Below are positions 8,620 to 17,591 of a stretch of DNA of 64,000 bases, one piece after another; position 1 is the first letter of the stretch; the number at the start of each line of letters is the position of its first letter. The notes beneath the pieces were generated by a model. That model was given only the letters and a program-made list of their open reading frames with translations. It was not told the DNA's origin and made no database searches. A program made the translations under genes and the position numbers. The stretch is from positions 172,431 to 236,430 of IMG/VR virus record IMGVR_UViG_2162886007_000107; one strand, given 5' to 3'.

Positions 8620-8857
8620 AGAACCGGCTATTACTCGTACTTGCCCAGACGGTACTCTCATTATTTCTCGTGAGTGGATTGGCTGGGTTGTTATCTCTGG
8701 GACTATTGGTCAGTATTCGGGTATTGAAAGTATCCTGGCCTACGCCACTCGTCGTCTCAATGAAGACGGCATTGCCCCAGAAGGCAAGTATGCTTTGGTT
8801 TCTTACGACGGTCGTGCGATCGTTACCTACGTAGATAAAGAGGGAGTTACACCGTGA
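8597..8857 (+). CDS. hypothetical protein
   Basis: AAGGAG RBS; 86 aa. Confidence 0.7.
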   Translation: MARKQRNKEPAITRTCPDGTLIISREWIGWVVISGTIGQYSGIESILAYATRRLNEDGIAPEGKYALVSYDGRAIVTYVDKEGVTP

Positions 8858-9939
8858 CCGCCAAAAAAGCTGCTCGTCGTAATGCTGCAAAAACCCTGGA
8901 TCAGATCAAAGAAGTTTTGTTTATGACTGGGTCTTCTGACGAACAAGTGTTGGAACACATTCGTCAGTTAGAGCATTACCATTTTTACTTGAAAGAACTT
9001 GGTACTGCTGTTGCCACAGATTTGTTTAACGAAAGTACTGTCGTAGGCCGCGCAGAGCTGTTGTTTGGTGACCAAGGTCCATTTAAAGCAATGGCATCTG
9101 GCAATGGTCGTAACCTGAGAATCACCGGCGGTATTCACGGAACTCGTGAACTGGTTAAGGGCTTTGTTCAAATTCTGTCTGAGCATGCGCTGGCAGAGGC
9201 TGAGAAGCCAAAAGACCTTTTCTACGATGCAGCGGATTTCATGATTCGCAACACGCCGTCTGATGATGCAAAGCCTCAGACACTCGGACAAAGGCTTTGG
9301 CTGCTTAATCAAAGCCAAGGAATGTTTGCGCTCATGCACAAGCATCCGTCCATCAGCAGTAATGGTCATGCTGTACTGCGCTTCATTCAAAATGTTGTGG
9401 AGCAGCAGGTCGAAGAAAACAAACAGCTGACCGGACAAATTGCCACGGCTTGTTTGGCATTGGGCCTCAACCCATCAGAACCCAACCGCCTACCAACGGC
9501 ATTGTCGAACCTCACCACTGCGTTGCGGTTACTCAAGCCATTTACTGGAGATCTGACTGCAGCAACAGCAACTTTGAAACCTGCTGAAAGGGTTCTTCCT
9601 GCTGAGCCTGCTGTAATGATGGAACCTTTGAGCGCTGGCTCTCATGGTGTGTTCAAGATCACCCAAGAGTGGTACGACTGGTTCTGGGCTATCGATGATC
9701 TGGATGAAAGCCTCAGCTCCAAGATTCTCGAACGCCAAGGTCGCATGCGTCAAGCCATCGACAAACGTGTCATTGAAAGAATGACGAGCAACAAAGATGG
9801 GTGGCCACGTAACCTTTCCTTGATGGTTAACTTCGAAAGCGAAAAAGCAATGGGTCGTCCTGTTGTTCTTTTCACCGCTCAGGTTAACGACCAGGTCAAT
9901 AAGAACTTTGGTCCGGCCGCTCTGCAACAACAATTTTAA
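8854..9939 (+). CDS. hypothetical protein
   Basis: GTGA overlap; GAGGGAG RBS; 361 aa. Confidence 0.75.
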   Translation: MTAKKAARRNAAKTLDQIKEVLFMTGSSDEQVLEHIRQLEHYHFYLKELGTAVATDLFNESTVVGRAELLFGDQGPFKAMASGNGRNLRITGGIHGTRELVKGFVQILSEHALAEAEKPKDLFYDAADFMIRNTPSDDAKPQTLGQRLWLLNQSQGMFALMHKHPSISSNGHAVLRFIQNVVEQQVEENKQLTGQIATACLALGLNPSEPNRLPTALSNLTTALRLLKPFTGDLTAATATLKPAERVLPAEPAVMMEPLSAGSHGVFKITQEWYDWFWAIDDLDESLSSKILERQGRMRQAIDKRVIERMTSNKDGWPRNLSLMVNFESEKAMGRPVVLFTAQVNDQVNKNFGPAALQQQF

Positions 9940-9955
9940 TCATTAGGAGAATGAT

Positions 9956-10531
9956 GTGGATACCGTAACTCAAGAACTGCAAGCGATGTTGGCTAAGCCG
10001 AAAAAGAAATATGGCTTTCCTCCGTTCGTGCTGGATGAGTCCCTGTACCCTATCGAGCAAGAAAACCAGGTTATCGATTACTTCCGCGACAACTGGGTAG
10101 ATAACGATAAAAAGATTATCAAGATGGTGAAGCACGTTTACAACTCTGTGCCTCGCTTTATCCAGAAGTCTTTCCTGGACGTCATCTTGAAGGTAGCTGA
10201 CCCGAAAAAGATGTTGGTCTTCTACTTTACAGAGAAAGAGCGTTGGACAGAAATCATCAACCAGATGGTTGCTGAAGGTAACCACGGGGTTATCTACGAC
10301 GACCACAACGTTTACGGGTTTGTTGTAGAGACTCGTGAGAACTGGTTGAAGGAAGGCGACAAGTGGCACAAGGATGACGAACGTGAAATCATCAAGCGCT
10401 CCTACTACAAGTGGGCTCGTGAAAAAGGTCTTACTCATTTCAAGGGTAAGGTCATGATGTTTCACCACTTTGGTTTCTCGGGGATGTCTTACTTCTTCGA
10501 CCACAAAATCGACGATAGCGAAGGCTACTAA
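9956..10531 (+). CDS. hypothetical protein
   Basis: AGGAG RBS; 191 aa. Confidence 0.75.
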   Translation: MDTVTQELQAMLAKPKKKYGFPPFVLDESLYPIEQENQVIDYFRDNWVDNDKKIIKMVKHVYNSVPRFIQKSFLDVILKVADPKKMLVFYFTEKERWTEIINQMVAEGNHGVIYDDHNVYGFVVETRENWLKEGDKWHKDDEREIIKRSYYKWAREKGLTHFKGKVMMFHHFGFSGMSYFFDHKIDDSEGY

Positions 10532-10542
10532 GGAGAGCTTCT

Positions 10543-11136
10543 GTGACGTTCTATAAAGGTGGCGAGTTGTTACCCCTAACGTTGTATCGGGGAGAAGTAG
10601 ATCACCCCAGTGTCAGCAAGCCACACAGCTTCCCGCGTGCTTTGTACTTCGGTGACTTGGAAACAGCTCATGCTTATTCCGATTACCTGGAAAACTCGGG
10701 CGATTACAAGACCAGTCGTATCTATCCGGTACACATTGTTCTTAAACGCCCATTTATCAATCAACCGGAAGATCCGTTTCTGGATATGCCAGAGATTGTT
10801 AGTCGTCTTGGTCTGGAAGAAGCTCGTCGTATTGCTAAGCGCTTTGCTAAGTACATCGAAGAGACGGATCAATGGCGGTATCGTGTCAATTCAGAAGGTC
10901 GGTATGATGGGGTAGAACATTACCTTGCCTGTCCGCGTTCTGATGTAAACAATCTGTGTTTCCAGGCGTATCGATTCTTCGATAGCCAAATGGAAGTAAA
11001 TCGTTTGAGAAGGTTAGGGTATGACGGTGCGATCCATGCTGGTAGTGGAAGTGGAAGTGCCGGTAAACCCGAGTACTGCGTGTTCAACATCGAACAAGTC
11101 TTTTCCATACCCGGTCAGTCTTTTCTGAGTAAATGA
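10543..11136 (+). CDS. ART-PolyVal-like ADP-ribosyltransferase fold protein
   Basis: Ordered motifs LYRG, ALYFG..ETAHAY, IYPVHIVLKRPF, GYDGAIH and EYCVFNIEQV match the ART-PolyVal pattern. Confidence 0.65.
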   Translation: MTFYKGGELLPLTLYRGEVDHPSVSKPHSFPRALYFGDLETAHAYSDYLENSGDYKTSRIYPVHIVLKRPFINQPEDPFLDMPEIVSRLGLEEARRIAKRFAKYIEETDQWRYRVNSEGRYDGVEHYLACPRSDVNNLCFQAYRFFDSQMEVNRLRRLGYDGAIHAGSGSGSAGKPEYCVFNIEQVFSIPGQSFLSK

Positions 11137-11495
11137 AAATGGCTAATGATGAGGTATATAAAGCGGGGCTTGACGAACCTTCCGTCTTTAGTGGTGATGG
11201 GGAGCAACCAGTCAGTATCCACTGGCTGGCCTGGTACGTCCGTAACAACCATGGGGCTAGCCTCATGGTAGCAATGATCGCTGGCAACAATCTGATCCGT
11301 CAGCTGTGTAGCGAGGGGCTTCGTGCAGTCTGTACCAATAGCGAACCTATCATGTTTGTAGAAGTGTTCATCAATGAGACAGCATTTAGTGTGCCTCGGA
11401 TGGAATGGGTTATCTGGTACGCCAATCTACACAAGGTTGGTTATACCAGCGCTAACTGGGCAGGAAAGCTTCAAAACTATATCACTAACAGGTAA
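11133..11495 (+). CDS. hypothetical protein, NPxW-motif family
   Basis: VSIHWLAWYVRNNHGASLMVA. Confidence 0.7.
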   Translation: MKMANDEVYKAGLDEPSVFSGDGEQPVSIHWLAWYVRNNHGASLMVAMIAGNNLIRQLCSEGLRAVCTNSEPIMFVEVFINETAFSVPRMEWVIWYANLHKVGYTSANWAGKLQNYITNR

Positions 11496-11514
11496 TCAAT
11501 AGGAGGTATCCAGG

Positions 11515-11991
11515 ATGGCTGGCTTTAGTTACATTCCTTTGATCAACGAACCGTGCATGTTTACCGGAGTACGTTTCCGCTTAAACAGGGATTGGGTTTT
11601 CTTCGTTAAACGGTTGGCGGCTGGTATCGCTGTAAACAAAGGTCAGGAAAAGTTTAATGAGAGTGTGAAAGCATTTGAAGAATTCTTTTCGCCAACCATC
11701 CTGGGCTTCAATCAAGACAAATCCCTGCGGTCTCAACACAACTTGCAACACCAACGGGATATGGCTCTCTTTGTGAACAACATGGAGCTGGTTAAGTCGG
11801 GGATGAATGTGATGCACAACATCCATCAAGAGTTGAAAGATGATTTGGATGAAGACGGGTTTGCACAACCAACTTCAATCCTGACCATGGACAAACTCAT
11901 CAGTATGCGTTGGGTGATGCATACTGCTCGCGTAGATCGCATGCTTCCTGAAGAAGCCTATGTGCTTGCTCAGGCTTTAACTAAATCTTAA
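11515..11991 (+). CDS. hypothetical protein
   Basis: AGGAGG RBS; LNRDWVFFV weakly resembles the NPxW motif. Confidence 0.75.
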   Translation: MAGFSYIPLINEPCMFTGVRFRLNRDWVFFVKRLAAGIAVNKGQEKFNESVKAFEEFFSPTILGFNQDKSLRSQHNLQHQRDMALFVNNMELVKSGMNVMHNIHQELKDDLDEDGFAQPTSILTMDKLISMRWVMHTARVDRMLPEEAYVLAQALTKS

Positions 11992-12006
11992 TTAGGGGTA
12001 ACAACC

Positions 12007-13305
12007 GTGTCTGATAAGAATGTAACGAATTCGAACGACCCTGTTGAAAAGATCGAATATTTCGAGGACAAGCTCCACAGTGAGCATCATGTCCACACTG
12101 GATTCGCCAGCATTGCCAAAGCAGCGGATAACTCGCTGTGTGAGCGTGAAGAACTCGCTCTGGGCGATATGTCCGACAACGACCTGGCAAAGGAAGTGCT
12201 CAAGCTGCAAGAGTACCTGCAACTTCCTAGCGGTATTTATTACGGTGAGCTGCTCAAGGCCATTGTTCACCGGCTGCGTTTCCTGAGCGGTCGTCTGCGC
12301 CACTATGAAGGCAAAGAAGTCTTCGACATGGAAGACCCAACTCCAAATTTGGATGCTGCAAGGAAACGAGTTCAGGATTACCTATCGGGCCTTCCCCCAA
12401 CAAACCTCAACGATATTCTTACTCACCCCGGTGGTGGTGATCCACAGCATTTGGTGGACACTGAAGTTGTTTTCAGCTCTCCTGCAATGGAAGCCTTTGT
12501 TCGTGACAATCCTCAGTTGTTGGAGGTTCGTCTTGGCAAGCTGCGGCCACAAGGTACTTTCCATGGTGGACTGTATTACGCGATAGGGAAACCTAATCTC
12601 GATTTCAATGGCGATGGTGAATTCACCATGCCTAAAGCCGGGGAGGATATTGGTCCTGAGTATAAATACGTTTCTGCTCAGTCCACGCTAAACATGTCTC
12701 CTGAATTGCAGAAACTGATTGCCGACTCAGCGCCAAAGTTTGATGGTTCTACTTTGCGTGATATCGGCACGTCACAGACTGTTCATGTTGAAGTCAGCGG
12801 CCCTGGCGCCGACGATCTGGTTCAGTCGGCTAACCTCAAAGACCAGCCTTATCTAGTAAAGGTTGGCACCATGTTGGCGTACACCCATCCAGTAGGCGGT
12901 CTTCTCGTGAGCGACAATTTCGAGAGGACTCGTCGTGACATTCGTAATACACTGGATGCGCAAGCCGACGTATACCGTCGCACCAAAACCATGTTTGATC
13001 GTCTGTGCTTCTTCCTGGGAATTCAGGATAAAGAAAACCTAGGGGCAATTGCTCACAAGTTAGTCGAGAAACACAACGCCACTGGTGAAGGAGTGTTCGT
13101 AGTACTTCGTGCGGCTGCGCTCATGGACGGTAAAGCATCTCTCGAAGAAGCTGATAAATGCTACTTTGAGTTGCGCGATCTGGTACTGGCTATCAATCCA
13201 GGTTACGGCAAAGAGCCTAAGTACGACGCCAAGAATAGCCACGAGAGTTTCTTCAAAACAATCGTGCTCCCTTTTCCTGAAACTGGTAACGAGGAGAAGC
13301 CATAA
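12007..13305 (+). CDS. hypothetical multidomain protein
   Basis: 432 aa; N-terminal REEL..DMSDNDLA...RLRFLSGR segment shared with 44389. Confidence 0.75.
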   Translation: MSDKNVTNSNDPVEKIEYFEDKLHSEHHVHTGFASIAKAADNSLCEREELALGDMSDNDLAKEVLKLQEYLQLPSGIYYGELLKAIVHRLRFLSGRLRHYEGKEVFDMEDPTPNLDAARKRVQDYLSGLPPTNLNDILTHPGGGDPQHLVDTEVVFSSPAMEAFVRDNPQLLEVRLGKLRPQGTFHGGLYYAIGKPNLDFNGDGEFTMPKAGEDIGPEYKYVSAQSTLNMSPELQKLIADSAPKFDGSTLRDIGTSQTVHVEVSGPGADDLVQSANLKDQPYLVKVGTMLAYTHPVGGLLVSDNFERTRRDIRNTLDAQADVYRRTKTMFDRLCFFLGIQDKENLGAIAHKLVEKHNATGEGVFVVLRAAALMDGKASLEEADKCYFELRDLVLAINPGYGKEPKYDAKNSHESFFKTIVLPFPETGNEEKP

Positions 13306-13655
13306 TGGCTGATATCAACCCTGCTGCTGAACTGCCAAAACGCAATGCGGTTGTTTATCCTGTGGGTCGTGATCCAGAAGGTAAGCAGATCTGGTCTGTA
13401 AGTGTTCTCGGTCATTGCACTCTCAACCGTGCTCTGATGACCGAGATCTCGGCAGACGCCTGCGGAGAAGTAGAAAACGTTGTTTGGGCTACCGAACCTC
13501 CTCTTGTTGATGGGACAACTCTCAACAAGGATTGGTTGGTATGGTGTATGTCTACTCACCACATTGGTGAAGACGAAGCCAGGCACGAAGGCCATCGTCG
13601 ATTGCAGTTCTTTCAGTTCTGCGCCATTGCACGAGAAAGAAGCAATGGACAGTAA
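13305..13655 (+). CDS. hypothetical protein, NPxW-motif family
   Basis: TAATG overlap; LNKDWLVWCM. Confidence 0.7.
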   Translation: MADINPAAELPKRNAVVYPVGRDPEGKQIWSVSVLGHCTLNRALMTEISADACGEVENVVWATEPPLVDGTTLNKDWLVWCMSTHHIGEDEARHEGHRRLQFFQFCAIARERSNGQ

Positions 13656-13950
13656 AGAACCCACCTTGGAAGGTAGCCTTCGCGGTGGAATGAGTAAGTC
13701 CTGGGTGGAGTGGTATCGTGCTCAAGGCTACTCGTTATTGGAAGCTCGTGAAGAAGCCTTACGTCGCCTTGAACTTAAACGCGATAAAGCGGCTGAATTG
13801 GCTTCTAACAAACCGGAACCTTCCCTGCTCAATATTCATGGAAGAAAAAATCCGGAATGGGTGCGGTGGTATCGCGATAAAAATGGGGTAACTTTACTTG
13901 AGGCTTTGAATGCTCAGGTTAGTCGTATTTCTCAACTGAACAAGCAATAA
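13645..13950 (+). CDS. hypothetical protein with two NPxW-motif repeats
   Basis: SWVEWYRAQGYSLLEA and NPEWVRWYRDKNGVTLLEA. Confidence 0.75.
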   Translation: MDSKEPTLEGSLRGGMSKSWVEWYRAQGYSLLEAREEALRRLELKRDKAAELASNKPEPSLLNIHGRKNPEWVRWYRDKNGVTLLEALNAQVSRISQLNKQ

Positions 13951-13958
13951 ATATGCTG

Positions 13959-13993
13959 CTGTCAGGCTCCTCCGGGGGCCTGGCAGTCTTTTC
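13959..13993 (+). terminator. terminator-like hairpin
   Basis: CTGTCAGGCTCC/GGGGCCTGGCAG stem (G-U pairs) followed by TCTTTT. Confidence 0.65.
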
Positions 13994-14013
13994 TGTCAAA
14001 TGGGGGAATTGTT

Positions 14014-14574
14014 ATGCCGGATATGGTTAAAGGTGGGTTAATTGTTGCGTTTGCTGTTGGTCTGTTTTTCTTTTTCCGTTGGCTGATGAAACCGGAACCA
14101 GCGCTCAAGAAACGCGCTGAAGAATTCAATCGTCAATATGAGGAAGCCCAAGGCTACCCAACTGACGAACAACAACAACCGATCTACGACGAGCGTAAAG
14201 AAAAGGTTCGAGATCCAGTACCTGCTTTCCGTGAAGGTTATCCGCAACACCGTACTCGTTCCAACCCTCCTCCTCGCCCTAGTACTCCACCGCCACCTCC
14301 AGGTATGCGTGAAGGCAGTGGTCGTGAAGTACCTCTGACTTCTTCGCGTGATCGTGCTCGTGGTCTGCACCATCATCAACATTCTCGCGTATCCCATGAT
14401 GACAACATGGGTACCGGCGTAATGATGGGTATGATGTTATCCAGTAACAACCACAGCTCTCCTAGCCAGAGTGCGTGCTCTCCTTCACCTTCCTACGACC
14501 GCGACAGTCGTGCGGATGACAATCGTTGCGACGACAATAACAGCAGCTCTTCCAGCAACGATTCGAGTGATTAA
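14014..14574 (+). CDS. membrane-anchored protein with Pro-rich region and Ser/Asp-rich tail
   Basis: N-terminal TM segment; PPPRPSTPPPPP; low-complexity C-terminus. Confidence 0.7.
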   Translation: MPDMVKGGLIVAFAVGLFFFFRWLMKPEPALKKRAEEFNRQYEEAQGYPTDEQQQPIYDERKEKVRDPVPAFREGYPQHRTRSNPPPRPSTPPPPPGMREGSGREVPLTSSRDRARGLHHHQHSRVSHDDNMGTGVMMGMMLSSNNHSSPSQSACSPSPSYDRDSRADDNRCDDNNSSSSSNDSSD

Positions 14575-14579
14575 CCGTC

Positions 14580-14849
14580 ATGGAAAACGATGAAGAGATT
14601 GAAAAGCTCCCGACTGCTGCTAAAGTAATTTTGTGGGTACTGTTTCTTTGTTTGTGCGTGGCTTTGCGTAGTTGTTACGTTGATGCCAGGAAAGTAGCCG
14701 ACGATCCCAATGTTGGGGTGGCTGCCGATCTGAAGCGTTTGAAGATGAGTACTTGTTCTAATGAGTACGACACTCCTCAATGCCGTGAAGATCAGGCTGC
14801 TCGTAGAGCCGAAGCTTACGAAAAAGACAAGCACTTAATGGATAAGTAA
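14580..14849 (+). CDS. small membrane protein, Cx8C-loop family (1)
   Basis: TM followed by CSNEYDTPQC. Confidence 0.7.
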   Translation: MENDEEIEKLPTAAKVILWVLFLCLCVALRSCYVDARKVADDPNVGVAADLKRLKMSTCSNEYDTPQCREDQAARRAEAYEKDKHLMDK

Positions 14850-14851
14850 TT

Positions 14852-15109
14852 ATGTGGGACAGCAGTGGAGGTGGTGGGGTGAGCAATTCAAGTAGGTTGA
14901 ACTGTAAAGAAGGACTCGGCCTTTTGGGTGTGTTTTCCTTTATCGGTGCAATAATTTATGGTGCCTGTTATTTGCAGGATATAGAAAACCAAGATCGTTG
15001 CATGGGTAAATACAACACCTCCGCTTGCTTTGAGCTTAAAGCTAAAGAAGCTAAAGCCAAAGAAGAATACCTGTTAAAGGTTGAGGGACTTCGTAATGGA
15101 AGTAGTTAA
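14852..15109 (+). CDS. small membrane protein, Cx8C-loop family (2)
   Basis: TM followed by CMGKYNTSAC. Confidence 0.7.
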   Translation: MWDSSGGGGVSNSSRLNCKEGLGLLGVFSFIGAIIYGACYLQDIENQDRCMGKYNTSACFELKAKEAKAKEEYLLKVEGLRNGSS

Positions 15110-15203
15110 AATTGTTTTTGCTGTGCTTCTGGTAGTTATGTTTGTGGACCTGGCAGTTGATAGTTTCCGGGAACATCCCACTTGTTGCGAAGAAGATGAT
15201 TAA
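15096..15203 (+). CDS. small hydrophobic peptide (35 aa)
   Basis: Read manually as MEVVKIVFAVLLVVMFVDLAVDSFREHPTCCEEDD; GAGGGA RBS; fills the gap. Confidence 0.5.
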   Translation: MEVVKIVFAVLLVVMFVDLAVDSFREHPTCCEEDD

Positions 15204-15212
15204 GGGGTAGCA

Positions 15213-15452
15213 ATGAAATCTCTGACTCAAGCATCGTTAAAAGACGGTGTGGTCGTATGTTTGAAAATGGTCGTTATGATTACAGCGGCTTTTGCAATTG
15301 TTTTTGGTGCCGAGCATCTGCGTGACCGTATCAAGGATCAACGCGGCGGGTTTAACGACCAGAACTGCGTGGGTAGTTTCAACACTATCCCTTGCCACCA
15401 GATGAAGATCAACCAGCTCCTCAAAGAGCGGGATCTAAAAGGAGTCCAGTAA
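15213..15452 (+). CDS. small membrane protein, Cx8C-loop family (3)
   Basis: TM followed by CVGSFNTIPC. Confidence 0.7.
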   Translation: MKSLTQASLKDGVVVCLKMVVMITAAFAIVFGAEHLRDRIKDQRGGFNDQNCVGSFNTIPCHQMKINQLLKERDLKGVQ

Positions 15453-15733
15453 TGGGCGATTGGTTTAAAAACTGGTGTGGTATAAACAAACCTGTCGTAG
15501 TCGGCATTATTTGTGTCGTCGTGATCGGGGCACCCATTATGTATTGGGTATCTAAAGCAGTGGATAATTTCCAAGCTGCTAACCGGCAGATTATTGCGCG
15601 TAATAACGCAAGTAATTGCCAAGGACAGTGGCGCACTATCGAGTGCTATCAGTTCAAGATTGACCAGCTCAAACTGGAGCAATCCTACCAGGAGGTTCTC
15701 AATGCAAAACAACCTGGTAAAAGCGCCAATTGA
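15452..15733 (+). CDS. small membrane protein, Cx8C-loop family (4)
   Basis: TAATG overlap; TM followed by CQGQWRTIEC. Confidence 0.7.
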   Translation: MGDWFKNWCGINKPVVVGIICVVVIGAPIMYWVSKAVDNFQAANRQIIARNNASNCQGQWRTIECYQFKIDQLKLEQSYQEVLNAKQPGKSAN

Positions 15734-15989
15734 AGGTGAGTATTTAGCCAAGGGCGAGTATTGTCGTGACGAGGTCACCGTTGATATGGCTGACCTATTC
15801 CGAACTGTTATTGTCCATTCAGAAGAATCTTTCTGCCAATGGAAAAAGACAGAAAGCACACCTAAGCCTAAGCCCACTTTCATGAGTAAGGTAAAGGCAA
15901 ACCCTTGGCCGTATGTTTTGTTCTGCATGCAAATGTTCTGGCCAACTGTTTTAGTAGTCTGGTTAATCTTTCGACAGTTCTGGAGATAA
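15702..15989 (+). CDS. small protein with C-terminal TM segment
   Basis: GGAGG RBS before ATG 15702. Confidence 0.6.
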   Translation: MQNNLVKAPIEGEYLAKGEYCRDEVTVDMADLFRTVIVHSEESFCQWKKTESTPKPKPTFMSKVKANPWPYVLFCMQMFWPTVLVVWLIFRQFWR

Positions 15990-15991
15990 CT

Positions 15992-16486
15992 ATGGCAATT
16001 GACATGAGGGAGTTTCCTATGGTAGCTAATACCCTGCCTCCACCTGATGGGTTGGTTGGTCGCGTATATCCGGGTCATCAATACCGGCGTCCGCCTCCAC
16101 CAGCTCCTCCGCCTCCTAAAGGCGGGTTTCATGACGTGCCTTGGCCTCCAGTGCCTCCAAGGCTTGGTGAGAAGACAGATATCATTCCGCCAGCTCCTGT
16201 GAAAAGGCTGGAACTTACTTTGCCTCCACCATGGGAGCGTAAGAAAATGATAGTCAATCGTGAAAAAGAAAAGCCACCCACTCTCATTGCTTGGTTGGGG
16301 CTTATTGTAGGTATTGTTACCTTCAGTTGGCTGATGGCATTGGGTATGGAAAAGCAACAGAAGGATGTTTCCGACTGGGCTAAGGGTTTTGATTATCGTC
16401 ACTGTTGGGGTAAGTTCGACACTCCGGCTTGTCATGAACGCAAGGCTAAAGAAAATGCTGAAGCCTACAAAAATTACAAGGACTAA
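15992..16486 (+). CDS. Pro-rich membrane protein, Cx8C-loop family (5)
   Basis: Poly-Pro N-terminus, TM, then CWGKFDTPAC. Confidence 0.7.
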   Translation: MAIDMREFPMVANTLPPPDGLVGRVYPGHQYRRPPPPAPPPPKGGFHDVPWPPVPPRLGEKTDIIPPAPVKRLELTLPPPWERKKMIVNREKEKPPTLIAWLGLIVGIVTFSWLMALGMEKQQKDVSDWAKGFDYRHCWGKFDTPACHERKAKENAEAYKNYKD

Positions 16487-16489
16487 GTA

Positions 16490-17575
16490 ATGGGCTTTTA
16501 TTTGCCTCTTATTTTGATACCGGCCTTCTTAGTGGCTTTGATCGGAAAGTTCTTCTTTCCGCACAAGATCACTTTGAAGGAGTGGGGGTTGCAAGGACTT
16601 GGTGTGATTATTAGCACCGCTCTTTGCATGGGGATCGTTACCGTGTCTTCTTTCGGTTATAGTTCCGACATCTCCATCTTCAATGGGGAAGTTACTGGTA
16701 AAGACAGTGTTCACGTAAGCTGTAGTCATCAGTATGTGTGCGGGGAAACCTGCCGCACGGAAACTACAACCGACTCCAAGGGCAAGCGTTCTTCTCGTCG
16801 GGTGTGTTCGCCTAAATACTGTGACGAGCACGCCTACGACATCGACTGGGATGTTTATACGACTCTGGGGACGTACACCATTGATCGTGTAGATCGTCGC
16901 GGTACGAGCATGCCAGTGCGTTGGGATTTGGTTAACAATGGAGACCCTGTTTCCAAGAGTGTCATGGTAACCAACTACATGTTACTGGATGAGGATCGGT
17001 TTAAAACCAGTTCTGCTATTCATGCTCGTTTTGCTGAGCAGTTGCCTGCTTATCCTGAGATCTTCAACTACTACATGATTCATCGTGTCATCGTCACATT
17101 CCCTGGCGAGTACGAGAAGATCGGTGACTGGCTTAGCAACCAGTTGAGGAAGGATGGTAAAGAGAAAGAGCTAAACGTCATCCTGGTAGTTACTCGTAAC
17201 CAGCCTGACTATTTCTATGCTCTCATGGAGCACTGGAAAGGCGTTAAGAAGAATGATGTGGTCATCGTCTATGGTGTTGACGAAGAACAGAACGTCACGT
17301 GGGCTCAAGCAATGTCTTGGGCTGAAGGTCAGAACAACCAGGTTATGCTCAAGCAACTTCAGAGCATGACCTACGAACGTAAGTTCGATCAAAAGCTCGT
17401 GGAAGAACAATACGGGCTGATTGTGAAAGAATTCAAACGTGTGCCTAATGAGCACTTTGAATACATGCGTGCCGGCTGGGTTCCTCCGACTTGGATCATT
17501 GTCTTAATGGCTTTGTTCAACCTGGGAACTGCTGTTGGTATTGCATGGTTTGTTATTAAAGAAGACGTCGCCTAA
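16490..17575 (+). CDS. multi-TM membrane protein with Cys-rich loop and TPM-like domain
   Basis: N- and C-terminal TMs; CSHQYVC...C..KYC; HWKGVKKNDVVIVYG. Confidence 0.7.
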   Translation: MGFYLPLILIPAFLVALIGKFFFPHKITLKEWGLQGLGVIISTALCMGIVTVSSFGYSSDISIFNGEVTGKDSVHVSCSHQYVCGETCRTETTTDSKGKRSSRRVCSPKYCDEHAYDIDWDVYTTLGTYTIDRVDRRGTSMPVRWDLVNNGDPVSKSVMVTNYMLLDEDRFKTSSAIHARFAEQLPAYPEIFNYYMIHRVIVTFPGEYEKIGDWLSNQLRKDGKEKELNVILVVTRNQPDYFYALMEHWKGVKKNDVVIVYGVDEEQNVTWAQAMSWAEGQNNQVMLKQLQSMTYERKFDQKLVEEQYGLIVKEFKRVPNEHFEYMRAGWVPPTWIIVLMALFNLGTAVGIAWFVIKEDVA

Positions 17576-17591
17576 TCAAGGAAATGAACGA

